Shown in pieces: positions 48,071-56,924 of a stretch of DNA of 64,000 nucleotides. Both the position numbers and the translations under genes were made by a program. Below the pieces are notes generated by a model. It made no database searches. It was not told where the DNA came from and saw nothing but the letters and a program-made list of their open reading frames with translations. How positions within the stretch are numbered: position 1 is the first letter of the stretch; the number at the start of each line of letters is the position of its first letter. The stretch comes from Longimicrobiales bacterium (lineage in GTDB: Bacteria > Gemmatimonadota > Gemmatimonadetes > Longimicrobiales > Gaopeijiaceae): positions 64,001 to 128,000 of the forward strand of contig JAWLHJ010000005.1 of assembly GCA_041690395.1 (NCBI GenBank), read 5' to 3'.

Positions 48071-49453
48071 ATGGCGACCATCCTGTGTGTCGACGATGAG
48101 CCTGCGGCGGCTTCCGTATTGAAGGACGCCCTCGAGCAGTGCGGACACGACGCCGTAGCCGTCCACAACGTGGCCGCCGCCATGAAGGTGCTGTCGAGAT
48201 CCGGGATCGACCTCATCGTGTCCGATTACCGCATGCCGGAGGCGAACGGGTTGGAGTTCCTGGAGGAGCTCCGCAGGGAGGGGCTGGACATCCCGCTGGT
48301 CATGGTCACGGGACACGCTTCCATCGAGCACGCCGTGGCGGCCATCAAGGCCGGAGCGGTGGACTACATCACGAAGCCGATCCGTCCACAGCAGCTCGAG
48401 ATCGCGGTCGACCAAGCTCTGGAGTTCACCCGCCTGAAGCGTGAGAACGCGCAACTCCGGGAGGAGCTGACCCAGATGCGGTCGGCACGGGAGATCATCG
48501 CCGAAAGCGAGTCGTTACGGCGTATTCTCGAGACGATCCGCGTGGTGGCGCCGACACGCGCGACCGTCCTCCTCCAGGGCGAGTCGGGCACGGGTAAGGA
48601 GCTTCTCGCGCGAACCGTCCATAACATGAGCGATCGCTCCGAGGGGCCCTTCATTGCGATCAACTGCGCGGCCATCCCCGAGAACCTGGTGGAGAGCACG
48701 CTGTTCGGCCATGAGAAGGGGGCGTTCACGGGCGCCGTGAAGCAGGTGAAAGGTGCGTTCGAGCGGGCACACCGTGGCACCCTCCTGCTCGACGAAGTGT
48801 CCGAGATGCGGATGGATCTGCAGGCGAAGCTCTTACGCGTGCTCCAGGAACAGGAGTTCGAAAGGGTGGGCGGCACCCAGCCCATCTCCGTCGACGTGCG
48901 CATCGTGGCGACGACGAACCGGGACCTGGCGGAGCACGCCAGGGAAGGAAACTTCAGAGAAGATCTCTATTATCGGCTCAGCGTCGTGCCTCTCCTGGTC
49001 CCGCCATTGCGCGAGCGCCTCGAAGACATTCCGGCGCTCGTGCACCATTTCGCGGCGAGCACGGCCGCCGACGTCGGAAGGACCATCACCGCCGTGTCGC
49101 CCGAGACCATCGATCTGCTGAGCCAGTACGAATGGCCGGGGAACGTGCGCGAGCTCTCGCACGCGGTGGAGCGGGCCGTCATCCTGTCCACGGGCGACAC
49201 CCTCGAACCGAGGGCGTTCGACCCCGCGCGATTCGGTCTGACACCGGGTCGTGGGCAGGGACCGGTCCTCGGTGGCGACACGTCCGCCGGCGGGGGCGCT
49301 GCAGGCGATCTGGATACGCTCAATATCGCGGAGGTCGAGGAGATCCTGATCCAGAGAGCGCTCGAAGCAACCGGGAACAACCGCACGAAGGCCGCCGATC
49401 TCCTCGGGGTTTCCGTGCGCACGCTGCGAAACAAGCTGAACAAGCCTTCCTGA
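48071..49453 (+). CDS. Sigma54-dependent flagellar response regulator (FleR/FlrC/FlbD-like)
   Basis: REC (VDDE, VSDYRMP); GESGTGKE; GAFTGA; WPGNVREL; NRTKAADLLGVSVRTLRNKL; directly upstream of flgB. Confidence 0.9.
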   Translation: MATILCVDDEPAAASVLKDALEQCGHDAVAVHNVAAAMKVLSRSGIDLIVSDYRMPEANGLEFLEELRREGLDIPLVMVTGHASIEHAVAAIKAGAVDYITKPIRPQQLEIAVDQALEFTRLKRENAQLREELTQMRSAREIIAESESLRRILETIRVVAPTRATVLLQGESGTGKELLARTVHNMSDRSEGPFIAINCAAIPENLVESTLFGHEKGAFTGAVKQVKGAFERAHRGTLLLDEVSEMRMDLQAKLLRVLQEQEFERVGGTQPISVDVRIVATTNRDLAEHAREGNFREDLYYRLSVVPLLVPPLRERLEDIPALVHHFAASTAADVGRTITAVSPETIDLLSQYEWPGNVRELSHAVERAVILSTGDTLEPRAFDPARFGLTPGRGQGPVLGGDTSAGGGAAGDLDTLNIAEVEEILIQRALEATGNNRTKAADLLGVSVRTLRNKLNKPS

Positions 49454-49560
49454 GCGTGGGCCGGCGTGCCCGACGCGCCGAGCCCGCCCCTGCCGCTCCG
49501 CCATCCCTGTTGGAGCCGGCTCCACGGTCCGGGGGTCCTTCGCACCCTCACCGCTCGATC

Positions 49561-49599
49561 CGGAAGAATCCTCCGGTTTGAACTAGGAAGGACCTTCCG
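49561..49599. promoter_or_regulatory. Paired palindromic enhancer sites upstream of flgB
   Basis: CGGAAG-AAT-CCTCCG (49561-49575) and AGGAAG-GAC-CTTCCG (49585-49599), 24 bp apart. Confidence 0.6.
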
Positions 49600-49740
49600 G
49601 CGCCCTCCTCCGTGACCCCCGATCCTGGCTCATGGCGTCGTGGGATCGAGGCGGCCACCGTGCTCCAGGGGCCGTGTAAGTCATGACGTGGCATGGTGTT
49701 GTGGCCACGGAAGCCCAGGTGTAGGCCGGGCCTCCGTACG

Positions 49741-49757
49741 TGGCCCGCCGCTTGCTT
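49741..49757 (+). promoter_or_regulatory. Sigma54 -24/-12 promoter of the flgB operon
   Basis: TGGCCCGCCGCTTGCTT, close to the TGGCAC-N5-TTGCW consensus. Confidence 0.8.
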
Positions 49758-49802
49758 TCCGACTGGGGCGAACCACGGTACGACTCGCTTCCGGAAAGGC
49801 AC

Positions 49803-50102
49803 ATGCTCACCAGACTCATTGGAGAGGGGACCGTGGCCGCCCAGCTCAAGGGCGGCCTGGACGACTCCACGAAGGCGGTCAGAGGCATCGCCCACCGGGT
49901 TGCGAACGCCAGTACCCCCGGCGGGCCGGGCACCCCGGACTTCGCGGCGGCGCTCGAAGCGGCCGTGGATCCCGAGGGACGCCCGTTCGATCTCGAGCGG
50001 GAGATGGTATCCCTCGCGGACGAACAGCTCAGGTACGAGACCGCGACCAATCTGCTGCAGAAGATCTACCAGCAGATCCGTCAGAGCGTGTCGGAGCGCT
50101 GA
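49803..50102 (+). CDS. flgB: Flagellar basal-body rod protein FlgB (short, 99 aa)
   Basis: IAHRVANASTPG; DLEREMVSLADEQLRYE; position before flgC. Confidence 0.8.
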   Translation: MLTRLIGEGTVAAQLKGGLDDSTKAVRGIAHRVANASTPGGPGTPDFAAALEAAVDPEGRPFDLEREMVSLADEQLRYETATNLLQKIYQQIRQSVSER

Positions 50103-50104
50103 CC

Positions 50105-50569
50105 ATGCTCGAGGGAGCCCACGGCATCGGCCTTCGCCATCCCATGAGATCGCTGCGTATCGCGGCGAGTGGGCTGAGCGCCCAGCGGGTTCGCATGGAC
50201 GCGATCGCGTCGAACCTGGCGAACGCCGAAACGACGCGGGGCGTCGACGGTGCCCCCTACCGGCGCAGGGTCGTCCAGCTGGAGGAGGCCGGATTCGAAT
50301 ACACGGATCGGACCGCGCCGCTCGACGCCAGGGTCGTCGAGCGGGAGGGCGGGGTCAGGGTGGTCGGCGTCGGGGAGGATCTCTCCGAAGGGCCCCTCGT
50401 CTACGATCCAGGCCATCCGGATGCGGACGCGAACGGGTACGTGCGGATGCCGAATGTGGATATCACCCAGGAGTTGGTAGCGATGATGGAGACACGCCGT
50501 CTCTTCGAGGCGAACGCCTCGGTCTTCGATGCCGTCAAGTCAATGTTTCGCAGAGCGACCCAGCTCTAG
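50105..50569 (+). CDS. flgC: Flagellar basal-body rod protein FlgC
   Basis: IAASGLSAQRVRMDAIASNLANAETTR; YDPGHPDADANGYVRMPNV. Confidence 0.96.
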   Translation: MLEGAHGIGLRHPMRSLRIAASGLSAQRVRMDAIASNLANAETTRGVDGAPYRRRVVQLEEAGFEYTDRTAPLDARVVEREGGVRVVGVGEDLSEGPLVYDPGHPDADANGYVRMPNVDITQELVAMMETRRLFEANASVFDAVKSMFRRATQL

Positions 50570-50579
50570 GTAGACGCTC

Positions 50580-50921
50580 ATGACCATTCACGGAATCAAC
50601 CCGGGTCTCGGCATCCTTGGCGTGCCGTCCACGCCGTCCCGCCAGCAGCGGATCGACGACGCCGGCCAGGGTGACCGCGTGCGGGAGCACCCGGGCACGG
50701 TGGGGACACCGGGCTCCTACCCGGCGAACGGTGTTCGCGGATCCTCCCCGGCGGAGGCTCCCAGAGGGACGGATCCGGCGCTGTGGAGTGTCCTGACCTC
50801 CGAGGAGAGGGCCTTCTTCGCCCGGGCCAGGGAGAGTGGCCCGCTCATGTACGGCCGAGGATCGGATGGCGGCGCCCTCGCTGGCGCGCGCGTCGGCGGC
50901 CGCATCGACGTGAAGGTCTGA
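50580..50921 (+). CDS. Hypothetical protein between flgC and fliE
   Basis: 113-aa ORF tightly packed in the operon; structured-looking core GTDPALWSVLTSEERAFF..GPLMYGR and C-terminal GGRIDVKV. Confidence 0.7.
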   Translation: MTIHGINPGLGILGVPSTPSRQQRIDDAGQGDRVREHPGTVGTPGSYPANGVRGSSPAEAPRGTDPALWSVLTSEERAFFARARESGPLMYGRGSDGGALAGARVGGRIDVKV

Positions 50922-50922
50922 G

Positions 50923-51246
50923 ATGAGCTCCATCCAAGGCATGGGCGCCCTTCAGGGCGCGGGCGTCGCAGGGCCTCTGGCCCCCGGTCGCGTTCCATCG
51001 CTTCCGGGACAGGACGAGGGTGACCAGCCCTCGTTCGCGGACGCGCTGCGGCGAGCGCTCGGCGATGTCTCCGAGCTCCAGGGGCAGGCCCACGACGCCA
51101 TCGGCGGATTTCTGCGTGGTGAGCCCGTGGAGATCCACGAGGTGATGGCGGCGGCGGAGGAGGCCGGCATCGCCCTCGACATGCTGATCGAGATCCGCAA
51201 CAAGCTCACCGAGGCGTATCGCTCGGTCATTCAGATGCAGCAGTGA
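50923..51246 (+). CDS. fliE: Flagellar hook-basal body protein FliE
   Basis: SFADALRRAL..V..LQ; IHEVM.A.EEA; IRNKLTEAYRSVIQMQ. Confidence 0.95.
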   Translation: MSSIQGMGALQGAGVAGPLAPGRVPSLPGQDEGDQPSFADALRRALGDVSELQGQAHDAIGGFLRGEPVEIHEVMAAAEEAGIALDMLIEIRNKLTEAYRSVIQMQQ

Positions 51247-51250
51247 GCCG

Positions 51251-52756
51251 ATGACTACCGCACTCACACAGGTCGTCGATCGAATCGGTGGTGGCCCTCG
51301 CTTGGGGCTGATCTTCTTCGGTGTCGCGGCGGTCGCCGTCATCTGGGGTTTCGCTCAGTGGGGCATGGAGCCCCGCTACGTCCCGATCGCCACGGGACTC
51401 TCCGTCGAGCGTATCGGAGACGCGACCCAACGCCTCACGGAAGCGGGGATCGAGTACAGGCTCGAGCGTGCAGGCGCCATGCTCACCGTCCCCGACCGCG
51501 ACGCGGCACGTGCTCGTGTGGCGCTCGCTTCGGAAGGGCTGATGGGCGCCGTCGACACACCCGGGTTCGAGCTCTTCGACCAGCCGTCGTGGGGGATGAC
51601 GGACTTCACGCAGCGCGTCAACTACAGACGGGCGCTCGAGGGTGAGTTGGAGCGCACGATGAGCCGGATGAGGGGTGTCGAGCGGGCCCGCGTGCACCTC
51701 GCGCTTCGCGAGCGGTCCTTCCTGCGGGCGTCGGAACAGGCTGCGGAGGCGTCCGTCGTGCTGAGCCTGACCGACGCCTCGTCGGTCCCGGAGTCCGTCG
51801 TACGAGGTGTGCGCTCGCTGGTGGCGAGCTCCGTCGAGAACCTGACGCCCGAGAACGTGACGGTTCTCGACGATCGTGGGCGGCTTCTTTCCGAAGACGA
51901 TCCGGATAGCGGCGTGGGTCTCACCCACGCGCAGCTCAAAGTGCAGTCCCAGATCGAGCAGTACCTGGAGACCAAGGCCCAGGCCGTCGTCGCTCAGATC
52001 GTCGGAGCCGGCGGCTCGACCATCCGGGTCGCTGCGGACCTGAACTTCGACGAGATCGCGAGGACCGTTCAGGCCGTCGATCCGAATCAGTCGGCCCTCG
52101 TGTCCGAAGATCGCGCGGAGATCACGCCTGGAGACGAAGCGCAGGGCGCGGGATCCCTCCAGACATCCTCGGCCTTCGAAACGACCCGTTCGGTGGAGAC
52201 GGTCTCCCGGGGCGGCGCGAGAGTCGAGCGACTGACCGTTGCCGTGGTCGTGGCGGATCGCCGCGCGGAGTCCGCGGACGGCGTGGTGGCCTTCGAGCCC
52301 CGCACCGCGGCCGAGCTGCGCCAGATCGAGCTCCTGGTGGGCAACGCGGTGGGGTTCTCGGCCCCGCGCGGTGACCAGATCTCCGTCATGTCGGCGCCTG
52401 TGGAACAGGCCCAGCCGGAAGTCTTCACCGACGCGGAGCGTGAGGTCGACTACGCGGGCATCGTGATGGCCGCCCAACGCCCGTTCATTGCGTTCGTCGC
52501 CCTCACGGTCGCCTTCCTCATCGCCCTCAGGGTTCTGAAGACCTTGAGGTTGGCTCCCGCGTCACCGAACCCGGGATCCGGCACAGGAGGCTTGAAGCTG
52601 GAGGCATCGGGCGACCGCACCGACGGGCGCTCCCTTCCCCAGGGTGCGCCTGGTCGGGAGGCGGTGGAGACCGCCCCGCCACCCAGGGCGGAGCTCAAGC
52701 TCCAGGACCCGGAGATGACCGCGAAGGTGCTCCGTAGCTGGATGAGGGACAGCTGA
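51251..52756 (+). CDS. fliF: Flagellar MS-ring protein FliF
   Basis: GFELFDQ..GMTDF; RALEGELERT; ARVHL; ASVVL; RGDQISV; two TMs; C-terminal AKVLRSW. Confidence 0.95.
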   Translation: MTTALTQVVDRIGGGPRLGLIFFGVAAVAVIWGFAQWGMEPRYVPIATGLSVERIGDATQRLTEAGIEYRLERAGAMLTVPDRDAARARVALASEGLMGAVDTPGFELFDQPSWGMTDFTQRVNYRRALEGELERTMSRMRGVERARVHLALRERSFLRASEQAAEASVVLSLTDASSVPESVVRGVRSLVASSVENLTPENVTVLDDRGRLLSEDDPDSGVGLTHAQLKVQSQIEQYLETKAQAVVAQIVGAGGSTIRVAADLNFDEIARTVQAVDPNQSALVSEDRAEITPGDEAQGAGSLQTSSAFETTRSVETVSRGGARVERLTVAVVVADRRAESADGVVAFEPRTAAELRQIELLVGNAVGFSAPRGDQISVMSAPVEQAQPEVFTDAEREVDYAGIVMAAQRPFIAFVALTVAFLIALRVLKTLRLAPASPNPGSGTGGLKLEASGDRTDGRSLPQGAPGREAVETAPPPRAELKLQDPEMTAKVLRSWMRDS

Positions 52757-52757
52757 C

Positions 52758-53789
52758 ATGGGCAACGCCGTGACCAGGGTCCCGAAGCCGGAGGATCTGA
52801 CGGGGCGTCAGAAGGTCGCCGTCCTGTTGATGGCCGTGGGAGAAGAGGCTTCCGCGGCCATCACGAAGAACATGTCCGCCGACGAGGTGGAGGCCATCTC
52901 CCTGGAGATCGCCAAGATGGATCGGGTCTCGCCCCAACTCGTGGAGCAAGTGCTCGATGAGTGGCAGCACACCGAGCAGGCGGCTTTCAGCCTGGCGTCC
53001 GGAGGGGTCGACTACGCGCGGCGCGTCCTCGAGAAGGCCTTCGGCAGCGTGAAGGCGTCGGCGGTCCTCAAGCGGATCGAGGCCCAGCTGTTGGACCATG
53101 TGTCCCTCACGCATCTGAGGAAGGCCGACGTCGCCCAGCTGTCGGCCTTCATTCGCAACGAGTATCCGCAGACCATCGCGCTCATCCTCGCCTTCCTCGA
53201 TCCAGGCCAGACCGCCGCCATCCTGCGTGACACCGACCCGGGCGTAGGCAGTGATATCCTCTTGCGCATCGCGAGAATGCAGAAGGTCATGCCGGACGTC
53301 CTGAAGCTCCTCGAGGAGGCCATCGGTACCGACGCCGAACTCTCCAGCTCGGGCAACGGCTCGGCGGCCGGCGGACCCGGCGCGGTCGCCGAGGTGCTCA
53401 ACCTGCTGTCGGCCGGCGCTGAGAAGGACCTGTTGGAGGGTGTGGCCGCGGTGGATGCCGAGCTCTCGGAGCAGATCAAGAACCTCATGTTCGTCTTCGA
53501 GGACATCGTCAAGCTCGACGAGAAGTCGGTGACCCGGCTCCTACGCGACGTGGACACCCGTGAACTCGCGACGGCGCTCAAGCTGGCGAGCGATGAGCTG
53601 AAGGAGCACCTGATGGCATCCATGTCCTCACGCGCGCGGGACGCCCTCGAGGAAGAGATCGAGTTCCTCGGCCCGCTCCGCGTGAGTGACATCGAGGCGG
53701 CCCAGGCCAATATCGTGAAGCTGACGCGGGCGCTCGAGGATGCCGGTGAGATCGTGGTGGGAGGTGGGGATGACGTCGTCGTCGACTGA
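52758..53789 (+). CDS. fliG: Flagellar motor switch protein FliG
   Basis: GGVDYARRVLEKA; EYPQTIALIL; MFVFEDI; MSSRA..EEIEFLGP. Confidence 0.96.
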   Translation: MGNAVTRVPKPEDLTGRQKVAVLLMAVGEEASAAITKNMSADEVEAISLEIAKMDRVSPQLVEQVLDEWQHTEQAAFSLASGGVDYARRVLEKAFGSVKASAVLKRIEAQLLDHVSLTHLRKADVAQLSAFIRNEYPQTIALILAFLDPGQTAAILRDTDPGVGSDILLRIARMQKVMPDVLKLLEEAIGTDAELSSSGNGSAAGGPGAVAEVLNLLSAGAEKDLLEGVAAVDAELSEQIKNLMFVFEDIVKLDEKSVTRLLRDVDTRELATALKLASDELKEHLMASMSSRARDALEEEIEFLGPLRVSDIEAAQANIVKLTRALEDAGEIVVGGGDDVVVD

Positions 53790-54408
53790 CACGTCCGCCC
53801 CCTCCGCCTCGCGGCTCGCGCCGCGCGCCTGGCCCTGGGCCGAGCTGGAGCCCGGTGGGCAGGTGGGCATGGTGGACTCCTCTCGCGAAGAGGCGGTGGA
53901 GGAGCGCCATCGAGAGGAGCTCGAGGAGGCCTACCGCCGCGGCGTCGAAGACGGACGGACATCCGCGCGTGCTCAAGCAAGAAAGGAGCTGGCGTCGGCC
54001 ATGGGCGTCGCCTTGAAGGCCATGGGCGAGATCAAGTCGGGTCGTGCCATGTGGATGTCGACCGTGAAGGAGAATCTCGTGACCCTCGCAGCCGGCATCG
54101 CCCGGCAGATCGTGGACCGGGAGCTGAGTCTCGATCCGACCATCTTCGTCGATACCGCCAAGAAGGCGATCTCCGCCTTTCCATTGGACGAGCCGCTTCG
54201 TGTCCGTGTCCACCCGGAGGATCTCGCGATGCTGGAAGAGGCCGAGGCCCTGTCACCGGACGACCTCAAGGGAGACCGCGCTGTGAGGTGGGTGCTCGAC
54301 GAGGCCATGGTGCGCGGCGGGTGCGTGGTGGAAGGTCCGGATCGCATCGTCGATGGCCGAGTGGACGAAGCTTTGGTTCGCGTCGTCAGGACGCTGACCC
54401 ATGGTTGA
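53770..54408 (+). CDS. fliH: Flagellar export protein FliH
   Basis: AYRRGVEDG; VRVHPEDL; RGGCVVE; position between fliG and fliI. Confidence 0.9.
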   Translation: MTSSSTDTSAPSASRLAPRAWPWAELEPGGQVGMVDSSREEAVEERHREELEEAYRRGVEDGRTSARAQARKELASAMGVALKAMGEIKSGRAMWMSTVKENLVTLAAGIARQIVDRELSLDPTIFVDTAKKAISAFPLDEPLRVRVHPEDLAMLEEAEALSPDDLKGDRAVRWVLDEAMVRGGCVVEGPDRIVDGRVDEALVRVVRTLTHG

Positions 54409-55732
54409 CGGGCTGGTGGCGAAGGTCGAGGCGGTTTCGCGGTTCGCCCAGTACGGGCGAGCCACGCGTGTGGTCGGGCTGGTGGTCGAGGCCGTAGGGG
54501 TCGATGTGGCCATGGGCGAGCTGTGCCGCGTGCGAAGCCTCACCCACGACGCGACCGTGCTCGCGGAAGTGGTGGGGTTTCACGCCGGTGGGGTGTTGCT
54601 CATGCCGCTCGGAGACGTCGACGGCATTCATCCCGGAAGCGCCGTCGAGCCCATGGGGAGATCCTTCGGCCTGCGGGTGGGGCCGGGTTTGTTGGGTCGT
54701 ACGCTGGATGGACTCGGGAACCCCATGGATGGTCTCGGGGACGTGGGGCCGACCGTCCCCGCTCCGCTCCTCGCGGATCCGCCGAATCCTCTCACGCGTC
54801 GCGCGATCGACGAGCCCATGGCCACCGGCGTGCGGGCCATTGACGGACTCCTCACGGTGGGCCGTGGCCAGCGCATTGGGATCTTCGCGGGCAGCGGTGT
54901 CGGGAAGAGCACCCTGCTCGGCATGATCGCCCGGCATGCGCAGGCCGACGTCAACGTGATCGCGTTGCTCGGGGAGCGAGGACGTGAGGTCCAGGAGTTC
55001 ATCCGAAGCTCGCTCGGGCCCGAGGGTCTGTCCCGGTCCGTGCTGGTGGTCGCCACCGGTGATCAGTCGGCTCTCGTCAGGGCGCGGGGCGCCCTCGTGG
55101 CGACCTCCATCGCCGAGTACTTCCGGGACCAGGGCAAGCAGGTCCTCCTCATGGTCGACTCCGTCACCCGGGTGGCGATGGCCTGGCGTGAGATCGGGTT
55201 GGCCGTCGGCGAGCCGCCGACCACCCGTGGGTATCCCCCGTCGGTGTTCGCCCAGCTGCCGCGCCTCCTGGAGCGGGCGGGGAACGCCGAGGTGGGGGGG
55301 ATTACCGGTGTCTATACCGTCCTCGTCGAAGGGGACGACTTCAACGAGCCCGTCGCCGATCATGTCAGGTCGGTCCTGGACGGGCACATCGTGTTGAGCC
55401 GGCGTCTGGCCGGCGCCGGGCACTTTCCGGCCATCGAGGTCACGGAAAGCGCCAGCCGAACCAGGAATCAGGTCGTGGCTCCCGAGCATTGGAACGCGGC
55501 CAACCAGCTCACGTCGCTCGTGGCGGCATACAGGGAGAAGGAGGACTTGATATCCGTGGGCGCGTACCAAGAAGGAACTGACCCGAGGCTCGATGCGGCC
55601 GTGCGGCTGCGGGACGAAACCACGGACTTCCTGTGCCAAGCGCCGGACGAGGTCGCGGACTTCGGAGAGACACATGAGCGCCTGCTCGGCCTGGTGGGCC
55701 GCGTGGAAGCCACGGGACGGACGGGGCGATGA
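54401..55732 (+). CDS. fliI: Flagellar export ATPase FliI
   Basis: GIFAGSGVGKSTLL; GERGREV; DSVTR; GEPPTTRGYPPSVF; LDGHIVLSR. Confidence 0.96.
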   Translation: MVDGLVAKVEAVSRFAQYGRATRVVGLVVEAVGVDVAMGELCRVRSLTHDATVLAEVVGFHAGGVLLMPLGDVDGIHPGSAVEPMGRSFGLRVGPGLLGRTLDGLGNPMDGLGDVGPTVPAPLLADPPNPLTRRAIDEPMATGVRAIDGLLTVGRGQRIGIFAGSGVGKSTLLGMIARHAQADVNVIALLGERGREVQEFIRSSLGPEGLSRSVLVVATGDQSALVRARGALVATSIAEYFRDQGKQVLLMVDSVTRVAMAWREIGLAVGEPPTTRGYPPSVFAQLPRLLERAGNAEVGGITGVYTVLVEGDDFNEPVADHVRSVLDGHIVLSRRLAGAGHFPAIEVTESASRTRNQVVAPEHWNAANQLTSLVAAYREKEDLISVGAYQEGTDPRLDAAVRLRDETTDFLCQAPDEVADFGETHERLLGLVGRVEATGRTGR

Positions 55733-56202
55733 GTGACCGATTCAAGTTCCGGCTCCAGAGCGTGCTCGAGCTCAAGGAGCAGGGCGAGAAGGACTCGGCG
55801 GTGGGGTTGGCCAGGGCGCGGCGCGATGCCGAGTCCGCGACTCGGGCCAAGGAGATGCTCGAGACGGCTCGAGAGTCCGGGCGCACGGACCTGGCGCGTG
55901 CGCATGGCGCGGGCGGGTCGGTCGGGCACATGCGCAACCTGTCCTACGTCCTGGAGCGGGTGGACGATCAGATCCGGGCCGCCGACGAGGTCTGCAAGGA
56001 GGCGGACGAGGCCGTGGTCGAGAGGCTCGAGCATTACCGTGCGGCTCTGCGTGACCGGAAGACCATCGAAGGGCTGCGGGAGCGGAAGCTCCACCAGTGG
56101 CGGAGCGAGGAAGTACGGTCCGAACAAAAAGCGATGGACGACATCGCCATCACGCGGCACGGGCGTTCCGGATCGGCCGCGAGGTTGGGGGCCGGCGAAT
56201 GA
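55729..56202 (+). CDS. fliJ: Flagellar export protein FliJ
   Basis: FKFRLQSVLELK; coiled coil; EQKAMDDIA. Confidence 0.9.
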   Translation: MSDRFKFRLQSVLELKEQGEKDSAVGLARARRDAESATRAKEMLETARESGRTDLARAHGAGGSVGHMRNLSYVLERVDDQIRAADEVCKEADEAVVERLEHYRAALRDRKTIEGLRERKLHQWRSEEVRSEQKAMDDIAITRHGRSGSAARLGAGE

Positions 56203-56924
56203 GACTCGCCATGATCGGACTCGTATCCCTCATCGTCGGCGTGCTGGGCGGTGCCCTGTTCAGTGGGAACCGCATGAAGAACGCCATCCTGGAGGAGCGG
56301 GCTCAGGTCGCCGCTGACTCCCCCGAGTCTCTCGGCGGGTCGGACGTGGCGAGCGCCGCCCAGGAGAGAGCCGGAGCCGGGTCTCCGAGGGTGGCGCCTT
56401 CGACCGACCGCACGAATCCGGAAGACCGACCGGGCGTCCCGGATCGCGGAGCGGGAGAGGCGTCGACTCCCGGGGCCAGATCCTCGGTGACGACCGCCGC
56501 TCTCGACCCTCCGAGCGGAGAGCGGTCCGGACCTGAGCGCGCGTCGACCGGGACGGGCGCTTCGACCCCCGAGGTCGGCGGCAACGCGGTCTCCGTCGGG
56601 GTGGACGAGGCGGCGACGGGCGCCGCCGGCCCCACGTCGTCGGGTGGTCCCGAAGTCGCGCCCACCGGCACGGAGGTGGCGGCGCCCGCAGGGGTAGTCG
56701 CTGACTCCGCAGCGATCCAGGGCGCCATGCAGCTGGCCCGGATGTTCAGCTCCATGAAGGCCGTCGACGCGGCCGCCGTGCTCCAGGAGCTCACCGACGC
56801 CGAGGTCGATGCGATCCTCCGCCACATGCAGTCACGGCTGGCTGGCCAGATTCTCGGAGAGTTCGAGCCGGCACGTGCGGCGCTGTTGAGCCGCACGGTG
56901 TTGGGAGGCACACCCACGCCATGA
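56199..56924 (+). CDS. MotE/YlxF-like flagellar protein (N-terminal TM, disordered linker, MgtE_N-like C-terminus)
   Basis: LARMFSSMKAVDAAAVL..ILRHM..RLAGQIL..FEP..AA; usual position between fliJ and fliK. Confidence 0.75.
   Translation: MRLAMIGLVSLIVGVLGGALFSGNRMKNAILEERAQVAADSPESLGGSDVASAAQERAGAGSPRVAPSTDRTNPEDRPGVPDRGAGEASTPGARSSVTTAALDPPSGERSGPERASTGTGASTPEVGGNAVSVGVDEAATGAAGPTSSGGPEVAPTGTEVAAPAGVVADSAAIQGAMQLARMFSSMKAVDAAAVLQELTDAEVDAILRHMQSRLAGQILGEFEPARAALLSRTVLGGTPTP

Noticed and set aside
46514..48454. 646-aa ORF suggesting a large FliW fusion
   Set aside because: The extension overlaps flgL in another frame and the activator on the opposite strand; FliW starts at 46999, coupled to the flgL stop.
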